Shown here piece by piece: positions 1 to 11,600 of a DNA stretch of 64,000 bases. Below the pieces are notes generated by a model. It worked only from the letters and a program-made list of their open reading frames with translations, was not told the DNA's origin and ran no database searches. Position 1 is the stretch's first letter, and every line of letters begins with the position of its first letter. The translations under genes were made by a program, and so were the position numbers. Origin of the DNA: Bispira polyomma (Eukaryota); contig OZ287756.1 in NCBI GenBank assembly GCA_965649765.1, positions 44,330,001-44,394,000 on the forward strand, given 5' to 3'.

Positions 1-3000
1 CTGCTGCTGGTAACTTTTGCTTGTAAGTTCATCCAAGAATTAGATCTTTGTATAGCTGATACCTGTGATAATGTGGCGCACATGCAGGCTTGTTCCTTAA
101 TACTGAAGCTGTCTGCAAATTGTTCATTTTGATCATCACAAATGTTGAAATTCTGAGACACACAGTATTCAGTGTGTTGCACTAGATTCTCAGATGCATC
201 AATCACTTCTTCATCTTGTTGTTTTGCAAGTGTATCTGCATCTTCGGGTGAATCACTTCTGATGTTCTGCACTTCACCATATACATTGTCATAGATTTCA
301 TAAATGTCACAGTCAATTGTTAGATTGTTGATTGTGCTCTGATCTAGCTGTTGTTGTAATGTTTCATCACATACTGTACTTGTGTCTAGTACAACAGCTT
401 CAAACACACTGTGTGATGTTGCAGTTTCAGCAATCATATCCTTTGTCACTTTTGTATCTTTTCGTGTCTCATTATCAATAGTATTTAAAGCTAGACATAT
501 TGCTATATCCACTAATTCTTTGGCAGTGGAATCTATATGATTTTCTTCCACAGTTACAATATGGTCCTCTCTGCTGCTGGTAACTTTTGCTTGTAAGTTC
601 ATCCAAGAATTAGATCTTTGTATAGCTGATACCTGTGATAATGTGGCGCACATGCAGGCTTGTTCCTTAATACTGAAGCTGTCTGCAAATTGTTCATTTT
701 GATCATCACAAATGTTGAAATTCTGAGACACACAGTATTCAGTGTGTTGCACTAGATTCTCAGATGCATCAATCACTTCTTCATCTTGTTGTTTTGCAAG
801 TGTATCTGCATCTTCGGGTGAATCACTTCTGATGTTCTGCACTTCACCATATACATTGTCATAGATTTCATAAATGTCACAGTCAATTGTTAGATTGTTG
901 ATTGTGCTCTGATCTAGCTGTTGTTGTAATGTTTCTTCACATACTGTACTTGTGTCTAGTACAACAGCTTCAAACACACTGTGTGATGTTGCAGTTTCAG
1001 CAATCATATCCTTTGTCACTTTTGTATCTTTTCGTGTCTCATTATCAATAGTATTTAAAGCTAGACATATTGCTATATCCACTAATTCTTTGGCAGTGGA
1101 ATCTATATGATTTTCTTCCACAGTTACAATATGGTCCTCTCTGCTGCTGGTAACTTTTGCTTGTAAGTTCATCCAAGAATTAGATCTTTGTATAGCTGAT
1201 ACCTGTGATAATGTGGCGCACATGCAGGCTTGTTCCTTAATACTGAAGCTGTCTGCAAATTGTTCATTTTGATCATCACAAATGTTGAAATTCTGAGACA
1301 CACAGTATTCAGTGTGTTGCACTAGATTCTCAGATGCATCAATCACTTCTTCATCTTGTTGTTTTGCAAGTGTATCTGCATCTTCGGGTGAATCACTTCT
1401 GATGTTCTGCACTTCACCATATACATTGTCATAGATTTCATAAATGTCACAGTCAATTGTTAGATTGTTGATTGTGCTCTGATCTAGCTGTTGTTGTAAT
1501 GTTTCATCACATACTGTACTTGTGTCTAGTACTACAGCTTCAAACACACTGTGTGATGTTGCAGTTTCAGCAATCATATCCTTTGTCACTTTTGTATCTT
1601 TTCGTGTCTCATTATCAATAGTATTTAAAGCTAGACATATTGCTATATCCACTAATTCTTTGGCAGTGGAATCTATATGATTTTCTTCCACAGTTACAAT
1701 ATGGTCCTCTCTGCTGCTGGTAACTTTTGCTTGTAAGTTCATCCAAGAATTAGATCTTTGTATAGCTGATACCTGTGATAATGTGGCGCACATGCAGGCT
1801 TGTTCCTTAATACTGAAGCTGTCTGCAAATTGTTCATTTTGATCATCACAAATGTTGAAATTCTGAGACACACAGTATTCAGTGTGTTGCACTAGATTCT
1901 CAGATGCATCAATCACTTCTTCATCTTGTTGTTTTGCAAGTGTATCTGCATCTTCGGGTGAATCACTTCTGATGTTCTGCACTTCACCATATACATTGTC
2001 ATAGATTTCATAAATGTCACAGTCAATTGTTAGATTGTTGATTGTGCTCTGATCTAGCTGTTGTTGTAATGTTTCTTCACATACTGTACTTGTGTCTAGT
2101 ACAACAGCTTCAAACACACTGTGTGATGTTGCAGTTTCAGCAATCATATCCTTTGTCACTTTTGTATCTTTTCGTGTCTCATTATCAATAGTATTTAAAG
2201 CTAGACATATTGCTATATCCACTAATTCTTTGGCAGTGGAATCTATATGATTTTCTTCCACAGTTACAATATGGTCCTCTCTGCTGCTGGTAACTTTTGC
2301 TTGTAAGTTCATCCAAGAATTAGATCTTTGTATAGCTGATACCTGTGATAATGTGGCGCACATGCAGGCTTGTTCCTTAATACTGAAGCTGTCTGCAAAT
2401 TGTTCATTTTGATCATCACAAATGTTGAAATTCTGAGACACACAGTATTCAGTGTGTTGCACTAGATTCTCAGATGCATCAATCACTTCTTCATCTTGTT
2501 GTTTTGCAAGTGTATCTGCATCTTCGGGTGAATCACTTCTGATGTTCTGCACTTCACCATATACATTGTCATAGATTTCATAAATGTCACAGTCAATTGT
2601 TAGATTGTTGATTGTGCTCTGATCTAGCTGTTGTTGTAATGTTTCATCACATACTGTACTTGTGTCTAGTACTACAGCTTCAAACACACTGTGTGATGTT
2701 GCAGTTTCAGCAATCATATCCTTTGTCACTTTTGTATCTTTTCGTGTCTCATTATCAATAGTATTTAAAGCTAGACATATTGCTATATCCACTAATTCTT
2801 TGGCAGTGGAATCTATATGATTTTCTTCCACAGTTACAATATGGTCCTCTCTGCTGCTGGTAACTTTTGCTTGTAAGTTCATCCAAGAATTAGATCTTTG
2901 TATAGCTGATACCTGTGATAATGTGGCGCACATGCAGGCTTGTTCCTTAATACTGAAGCTGTCTGCAAATTGTTCATTTTGATCATCACAAATGTTGAAA

Positions 3001-6000
3001 TTCTGAGACACACAGTATTCAGTGTGTTGCACTAGATTCTCAGATGCATCAATCACTTCTTCATCTTGTTGTTTTGCAAGTGTATCTGCATCTTCGGGTG
3101 AATCACTTCTGATGTTCTGCACTTCACCATATACATTGTCATAGATTTCATAAATGTCACAGTCAATTGTTAGATTGTTGATTGTGCTCTGATCTAGCTG
3201 TTGTTGTAATGTTTCATCACATACTGTACTTGTGTCTAGTACAACAGCTTCAAACACACTGTGTGATGTTGCAGTTTCAGCAATCATATCCTTTGTCACT
3301 TTTGTATCCTTTCGTGTCTCATTATCAATAGTATTTAAAGCTAGACATATTGCTATATCCACTAATTCTTTGGCAGTGGAATCTATATGATTTTCTTCCA
3401 CAGTTACGATATGGTCATCACTGCTGCTGCTGGTAACTTCTGCTTGTAAGTTCATACAAGAATTAGATCTTTGTATAGCTGTATCATCTGATAACGTGGT
3501 GCACATGCATGTTTTGTCCTTAATACTGAAGCTGTCTGCAAATTGTTCATTTTGATCATCACAAATATTGGAATCTTGAGACACACAGTAATCAGTGTGT
3601 TGCACTAGATTCTCAGATGCATCAATTACTTCTTCAACCTGTTGTTTTGCAAGTGCACCTGCATCTTCGGGTGAATCATTTCTGATGTTCTTTGCTTCAC
3701 CAAAAACATTGTCATAGATTTCATAACTGTCACAGTTAACTGTTAGATCGTCGTTTGTGCTCTGATCTAGCTGTCGTAATGTTTCTTCACATACTGTACT
3801 TGTGTCTAGTACTACAGCTTCAAACACACAGTGTGATGTTGCAGTGACAGCAATCATATCCTTTGTCACTTCTGTATCTTTTCGTGTCTCATTATCAATA
3901 GTATTTAAAGCTAGACATATTGCTATATCCACTAATTCTTTGGCAGTGGAATCTATATGATTTTCTTCCACAGTTACAATATGGTCCTCTCTGCTGCTGG
4001 TAAATTCTGCTTGTAAGTTCATCCAAGAAATAGATCTTTGTATAGCTGTATCCTGTGATAATGTGACGCACATGCAGGCTTGTTCCTTAATACTGAAGCT
4101 GTCTGCAAATTGTTCATTTTGATCATCACAAATGTTGAAATTCTGAGACACACAGTATTCAGTGTGTTGCACTAGATTCTCAGATGCATCAATCACTTCT
4201 TCATCTTGTTGTTTTGCAAGTGTATCTGCATCTTCGGGTGAATCACTTCTGATGTTCTGCACTTCACCATATACATTGTCATAGATTTCATAAATGTCAC
4301 AGTCAATTGTTAGATTGTTGATTGTGCTCTGATCTAGCTGTTGTTGTAATGTTTCATCACATACTGTACTTGTGTCTAGTACTACAGCTTCAAACACACT
4401 GTGTGATGTTGCAGTTTCAGCAATCATATCCTTTGTCACTTTTGTATCTTTTCGTGTCTCATTATCAATAGTATTTAAAGCTAGACATATTGCTATATCC
4501 ACTAATTCTTTGGCAGTACAATCTATATGATTTTCTTCCACAGTTACGATATGGTCATCACTGCTGCTGCTGGTAACTTCTGCTTGTAAGTTCATACAAG
4601 AATTAGATCTTTGTATAGCTGTATCATCTGATAACGTGGTGCACATGCATGTTTTGTCCTTAATACTGAAGCTGTCTGCAAATTGTTCATTTTGATCATC
4701 ACAAATGTTGAAATTCTGAGACACACAGTATTCAGTGTGTTGCACTAGATTCTCAGATGCATCAATCACTTCTTCATCTTGTTGTTTTGCAAGTGTATCT
4801 GCATCTTCGGGTGAATCACTTCTGATGTTCTGCACTTCACCATATACATTGTCATAGATTTCATAAATGTCACAGTCAATTGTTAGATTGTTGATTGTGC
4901 TCTGATCTAGCTGTTGTTGTAATGTTTCATCACATACTGTACTTGTGTCTAGTACTACAGCTTCAAACACACTGTGTGATGTTGCAGTTTCAGCAATCAT
5001 ATCCTTTGTCACTTTTGTATCTTTTCGTGTCTCATTATCAATAGTATTTAAAGCTAGACATATTGCTATATCCACTAATTCTTTGGCAGTGGAATCTATA
5101 TGATTTTCTTCCACAGTTACGATATGGTCATCACTGCTGCTGCTGGTAACTTCTGCTTGTAAGTTCATCCAAGAATTAGATCTTTGTATAGCTGTATCCT
5201 GTGATAATGTGACGCACATGCAGGCTTGTTCCTTAATACTGAAGCTGTCTGCAAATTGTTCATTTTGATCATCACAAATGTTGAAATTCTGAGACACACA
5301 GTATTCAGTGTGTTGCACTAGATTCTCAGATGCATCAATCACTTCTTCATCTTGTTGTTTTGCAAGTGTATCTGCATCTTCGGGTGAATCACTTCTGATG
5401 TTCTGCACTTCACCAAAAACATTGTCATAGATTTCATAACTGTCACAGTTAATTGTTAGATCGTCGTTTGTGCTCTGATTTAGTTGTTGTTGTAATGTTT
5501 CTTCACATACCATAAATGTGTCTAGTACTACAGCTTCAAACACACTGTGTGATGTTGCAGTTTCAGCAATCATATTCTTTGTCACTTTTGTATCTTTTCG
5601 TGTCTCATTATCAATAGTATTTAAAGCTAGACATATTGCTATATCCACTAATTCTTTGGCAGTGGAATCTATATGATTGTCTTCCACAGTTACAATATGG
5701 TCCACATTGTTGCTGGTGATAACTTCTGCTTGTAATTTCATAAAAGAATTAGATCTTTGTATAGTTGTATCCTCTGATAATGTGGAGCACATGCAGGTTT
5801 GTTCCTTAATACTGAAGCTGTCTGCAAATTGTTCATTTTGATCATCACAAATGTTGGAATCTTGAGACACACAGTAATCAGTGTGTTGCACTAGATTCTC
5901 AGATGCATCAATCACTTTTTCAAACTGTTGTTTTACAAGTGTATTAGCATCTTTGGGTGAATCACTTCTATTGTTATTTGCTTCACAAAAAACATTGTCA

Positions 6001-6370
6001 TAGATTTCATAACTGTTACAGTTAATTGTTGGATCGCTGATTGTGCTTTGATCTAGCTGTTGTTGAAATGTTTCATCACATACTGTACCTGTGTCTAGTA
6101 CTACAGTTTCATTCACACTGTGTGATGTGGCAATGGCATCAACCATATCCTCTGTCCCTTCTGTGTCCTTTCTTGGTTCATTAATACTATTTAATGCTAG
6201 ACACGTTGCTATGTCTACTAATTCTTTGGCAATGGAATCTATATGATTTTCCTCCGCAATTACAACATAGTCCTCTTCCATAGATCTTTGTAGTGCTGTA
6301 CCCTGTGATAATGTGCTGCACATGCAAGTTTCTTCTTTTATGCTGAAGCTGTCTGCAAATTCTTTGTTGT
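1..6370 (-). repeat. Coding tandem array, 570-bp (190-aa) unit, about 11 copies in the window, continuing off the left edge
   Basis: ctgctgctggtaact recurs at 1, 571, 1141, 1711, 2281, 2851, about 3424, 3991, about 4564 and about 5137. The indels seen are 3 bp. Unit: REDHIVTVEENHIDSTAKELVDIAICLALNTIDNETRKDTKVTKDMIAETATSHSVFEAVVLDTSTVCDETLQQQLDQSTINNLTIDCDIYEIYDNVYGEVQNIRSDSPEDADTLAKQQDEEVIDASENLVQHTEYCVSQNFNICDDQNEQFADSFSIKEQACMCATLSQVSAIQRSNSWMNLQAKVTSS. Copies near 5500-6370 are more diverged. Confidence 0.97.
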
Positions 6371-8089
6371 GGCCATTATAAATTTTGCAAGTATCTGTAT
6401 GATATTTTTTTACCTCCTTGCACAGTGTTATATTTAGATTGCAACTTTCATATGTGTTACTGTAACGTTTATACAGTACATCCTCACAATTCGTTATATC
6501 AGAAACAACTACATTGTCACTAGCATCATGCAGATGTTTGCAGTAATCAGTTGTTTTGATTGGAATTGAAGATTCATCATTTGCTGTTTCCCTTGTTGTT
6601 ACTTGAGGTTTGGGCTGCGTTAAATCAGTATTATTGAGAACATTTTTTAGGAAAACATGGTCACATAGTTCTTTACTGTAGCAGTGTGTCGTTATCTCTT
6701 CTTTCTGAACTTGGCAAAAACTTGGCATTTCATCTTTGTCATCTACCTGAAGAGTGTCTTCACTGGTGACAAAGCATGAATCATCAATTGACTGACAACC
6801 ATTGAACTTTTCCTTGTTTGAAAGACGATCTATAAAAAACATGCCATTATCTGCTAGTGCTTCATCAAGTACAGAATAATATACTGCTTTTACTTCCATT
6901 GTGAAAAATGTAACTTCGAAAACGACATTTTCGTGCTTTGCAATATAGTCAGTGTTTTTATCTGTAATGTTTCCAATTTCTCCGGTTCCTTGTTCTTCAC
7001 CAGTCAGACATCCAGTGTTTTCTTCAGATTTTATTTGTTTAACATTTCTTTTCTTCTGTTCAAAATGGTTGATGTGCTTATCGTCCAGCAAGTCTGCAAC
7101 TTGCACAGAAATGTGATCACAATGATTAATGTATGATTCCATGGAAACAGTAGGTGAGTCGCCTCTGTCCTCTTCTAGATCATTTTCAGAATGTGGTGTA
7201 ACAATTTCTCTGGGAGTGCCATCTTCTTCGAAATCTTCAATGTGTTTGTCTTCATCTTCTGCAGCATCAGCAGGTGAATCACCATCCAGTATTAGTGTTT
7301 CATCATTACCACATCTACCAACTGGGACAGGTGCTTCATCCGCCATAGAATCTTCACCCAGGTAATTTTCATGTGGGATTTCATCTGGTTCAGATAAATC
7401 CACATCTTCCATTTCTCTGTCATCCCTTGGAAGATTATCTGTGTCTTTGCTTTCACCATTCTGTACATGTTTGACATGCTCAAGACACTGTTCTAAGTGA
7501 TTGTCTGGTTCAATTGCAATTTCTCTTGCTGCATATACATCACATATAATAGTAATATCCTTATCTGTACAAGTAACCTCAACAGAAGCATCTGTTTCAT
7601 TTTGATTCATTTCTATTTCTTTTGTAGGTGTTACCTTAGTGGAATCAAATTTGTCACTAATTAAATTATCTAATGCATGTACTTTGGTGAAAGTGTGATC
7701 TTCTGTGATTTGTTCATCCAAATCTTTATCACATGATAATTCATCCAATAGATGTGAATAGATAGTTTGTCCAGTGTCTTGGTCCTGTGGGGATGTGATC
7801 TCAGGTGTAGTTAGTATCTTGACTTCGACATCACAAGAAGCTGCATGATTGTAGGTGAATGACATGACATCGGTATACACAATGTCAGTGTCTTGTTTCT
7901 CTGGTTCCTCAACATCAGAATTATTTATATTATCATCCGTTTCCTCATGATCATGTCCCATTGTCTCGATGATGGTAAACTCATGAAGAAATCTAAATAA
8001 ATCTATCAGAGGAGTGCAGGCGATTTCCTTCATTGTAACATAAATGTGGTTTTCCATTTCCTCAGTTCCTTTACGTTCTCCACAGAATG
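1..8089 (-). CDS. Second giant coding exon (3'-incomplete) of the giant repeat protein; unique acidic linker followed by 190-aa repeats with an AKAP-like helix
   Basis: Acceptor ttattacacAG|CATTCTGT, with the exon starting at 8089. The phase-1 join to the upstream exon gives ...MDSIH-A-FCGERKGTEEMENHIY... Codon starts at 8087, 6962 and 2 share one frame, and manual translation found no stop. The ORF track lacks this ORF, consistent with no stop before the window edge. Confidence 0.88.
7150..7454 (-). repeat. Solitary diverged partial copy of the 402-bp repeat inside the second giant exon
   Basis: Translates in frame to ESKDTDNLPRDDREMEDVDLSEPDEIPHENYLGEDSMADEAPVPVGRCGNDETLILDGDSPADAAEDEDKHIEDFEEDGTPREIVTPHSENDLEEDR, collinear with the 134-aa unit. 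Confidence 0.93.
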
Positions 8090-8636
8090 CTGTGTAATAA
8101 TTTAAACCAAGAACCACACTCAAAATATGTATTGGCCTAAATAAATCAGTCGACAAAATAGTGTGTATACACACACAACACAAATATAATAATTGATGCA
8201 TACTATGACAGACATTTTTATCTATAACATGACTAATTCATACCAAAATTTGAGTAACACAGTTTTCATTTTACATTGATTCAGGTAAGTAAACGATTAG
8301 AATCACAGTAATTTATAGACATATCAGTACAACAAAACATTTCATATTATAAATGTTTTCAACTAAATAATGGTTGTTTCTTTTTATATGTTGATAATTA
8401 TCATCATTTTTTCAGTATGCAGTACTCTTACAATAACAGTAACAAAAGGTTTGAACAGAAACTTTTCAAATATAGTTTGATCTATATGTAAAATATGTAG
8501 CGGTTATTACAACTGCCCAGTAAAACTGATGCACATGTTCTTAAGATCACATGAAGGTCAAGTAAAATTATTAACGTATACAAATATATGACAATATATT
8601 CAATTACATTTATACCATGCCAAAAATAATACTGAC

Positions 8637-11600
8637 CATGTATTGAATCCATTCCTTGAGTTTCCTCTTCTACGAAATCTTCCGAGTGTTTGTCTTCATC
8701 TTCCGAATCATCAGCCGGTGAGTCACCATCCAGTATTAGTGTTTCATCATCAACACATGTACCAACTGGGACAGGCGCTTCATCCTCCTTAGAATCTTCA
8801 GTCAGGTCATCTTCATGTGGGGCTTCATCTGGTTCTGACGATTCAACATCTTCCAATTTATTTTCATCCCTTGGAAGATTATCTGTGTCTTTGCTTTCTT
8901 CAGCCATAGTTTCTGTAGGTTCAGTAATTTCCTCTTCTGGTTCTTTGTCATTCTCTTCATCCACACAAGTACCATCTGGAACAGGAACACCAGTGTCATC
9001 TTCTTGTATTCTGTCCCCTTCTAGATCCTTTTCAGACTGTGGTGTAACAGTTTCTCTTGGAGTGCCACCTTCTTCGACATCTTCAGTGTGTTTGTTTTCA
9101 TCTTCTGCTGCATCAGTATGTGAGTCGCCATCCAGTATTGGTGTTTCATCATCAACACATGTACCAACTAGGACAGGCGCTTCTTCCTCCTTAGAATCTT
9201 CAGTCAGGTCATCTTCATGTGGTGCTTCATCTGGTTTGGATGATTCAACATCTTCCAATTCACTTTCATCCATTGGAAGATTATCTGTGTCTTTGCTTTC
9301 TTCATCTATAGTTTCTGTAGGTTCAGTAATTTCCTCTTCTGGTTCTTTGTCATTCTCTTCATCCACACAAGTACCGTCTGGAACAGGAACACCAGTGTCA
9401 TCTTCTTGTATTCTGTCCTCTTCTCGATCCTTTTCAGACTGTGGTGTAACAGTTTCTCTTGGAGTGTCACCTTCTTCGACATCTTCAGTGTGTTTGTGTT
9501 CATCTTCTGCATCATCAGTAGGTGCGTCACCATCCAGTATTGGTGTTTCATCATCAACACATGTACCAACTGGGACAGGCGCTTCTTCCTCCTTAGAATC
9601 TTCGACATCTTCAGTGTGTTTGTGTTCATCTTCTGAATCATCAGCCGGTGAGTCACCATCCAGTATTAGTGTTTCATCATCAACACATGTACCAACTGGG
9701 ACAGGCGCTTCATCCTCCTTAGAATCTTCAGTCAGGTCATCTTCATGTGGGGCTTCATCTGGTTCTGACGATTCAACATCTTCCAATTTATTTTCATCCC
9801 TTGGAAGATTATCTGTGTCTTTGCTTTCTTCAGCCATAGTTTCTGTAGGTTCAGTAATTTCCTCTTCTGGTTCTTTGTCATTCTCTTCATCCACACAAGT
9901 ACCGTCTGGAACAGGAACACCAGTGTCATCTTCTTGTATTCTGTCCCCTTCTAGATCCTTTTCAGACTGTGGTGTAACAGTTTCTCTTGGAGTGCCACCT
10001 TCTTCGACATCTTCAGTGTGTTTGTTTTCATCTTCTGCTGCATCAGTATGTGAGTCGCCATCCAGTATTGGTGTTTCATCATCAACACATGTACCAACTA
10101 GGACAGGCGCTTCTTCCTCCTTAGAATCTTCAGTCAGGTCATCTTCATGTGGTGCTTCATCTGGTTTGGATGATTCAACATCTTCCAATTCACTTTCATC
10201 CATTGGAAGATTATCTGTGTCTTTGCTTTCTTCATCTATAGTTTCTGTAGGTTCAGTAATTTCCTCTTCTGGTTCTTTGTCATTCTCTTCATCCACACAA
10301 GTACCGTCTGGAACAGGAACACCAGTGTCATCTTCTTGTATTCTGTCCTCTTCTCGATCCTTTTCAGACTGTGGTGTAACAGTTTCTCTTGGAGTGTCAC
10401 CTTCTTCGACATCTTCAGTGTGTTTGTGTTCATCTTCTGCATCATCAGTAGGTGCGTCACCATCCAGTATTGGTGTTTCATCATTGACACATGTACCAAC
10501 TGGGACAGGCGCTTCTTCCTCCTTAGAATCTTCGACATCTTCAGTGTGTTTGTGTTCATCTTCTGAATCATCAGCCGGTGAGTCACCATCCAGTATTAGT
10601 GTTTCATCATCAACACATGTACCAACTGGGACAGGCGCTTCATCCTCCTTAGAATCTTCAGTCAGGTCATCTTCATGTGGGACTTCATCTGGTTTGGATG
10701 ATTCAACATCTTCCAATTCACATTCATTCCTTGGAAGATTATCTGTGTCTTTGGTTTCTTCGTCCAGCGTTTCTGTAGGTTCAGTAATTTCCTCTTCTGG
10801 TTCTTTGTCATTCTCTTCATCCACACAAATACCATCTGGAACAGGAACACAAGTGTCATCTTCTTGTATTCTGTCCTCTTCTAGATCCTTTTCAGACTGT
10901 GGTGTAACAGTTTCTCTTGGAGTGTCACCTTCTTCGACATCTTCAGTGTGTTTGTGTTCATCTTCTGCAGCATCAGTAGGTGAGTCGCCATCCAGTATTG
11001 GTGTTTCATCATCAACACATGTACCAACTGGGACAGGTGCTTCATCCTCCTTAGAAACTTCTGTCAGGTCTTCTTCATGTGGTGCTTCATCTGGTTTGGA
11101 TGATTCAACATCTTCCAATTCACTTTCATCCATTGGAAGATTATCTGTGTCTTTGCTTTCTTCATCGATAGTTTCTGTAGGTTCAGTAATTTTCTCTTCT
11201 GGTTCTTTGTCATTCTCTTCATCCACACAAGTACTGTCTGGAACAGGAACACCAGTGTCATCTTCTTGTATTCTGTCCTCTTCTCGATCCTTTTCAGACT
11301 GTGGTGTAACAGTTTCTCTTGGAGTGTCACCTTCTTTGACATCTTCAGTGTGTTTGTGTTCATCTTCTGCATCATCAGTAGGTGCGTCACCATCCAGTAT
11401 TGGTGTTTCATCATCAACACATGTACCAACTGGGACAGGCGCTTCTTCCTCCTTAGAATCTTCAGTCAGGTCATCTTCTTGTGTGGCTTCATCTGGTTTG
11501 GATGATTCAGCATCCTCCAATTCACTTTCATCCATTGGAAGATTATCTGTGTCTTTGCTTTCTTCATCCATAGTTTCTGTAGGTTCAGTAATTTTCTCTT

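Noticed and set aside
8482-8636. Hydrophobic C-terminal tail of the 12,209-aa ORF (possible membrane anchor) and its MRLLIT start at 45111
   Set aside because: Both lie outside good splice sites in AT-rich intronic sequence and are best explained as read-through. A retained-intron, tail-anchored isoform cannot be excluded without RNA data.
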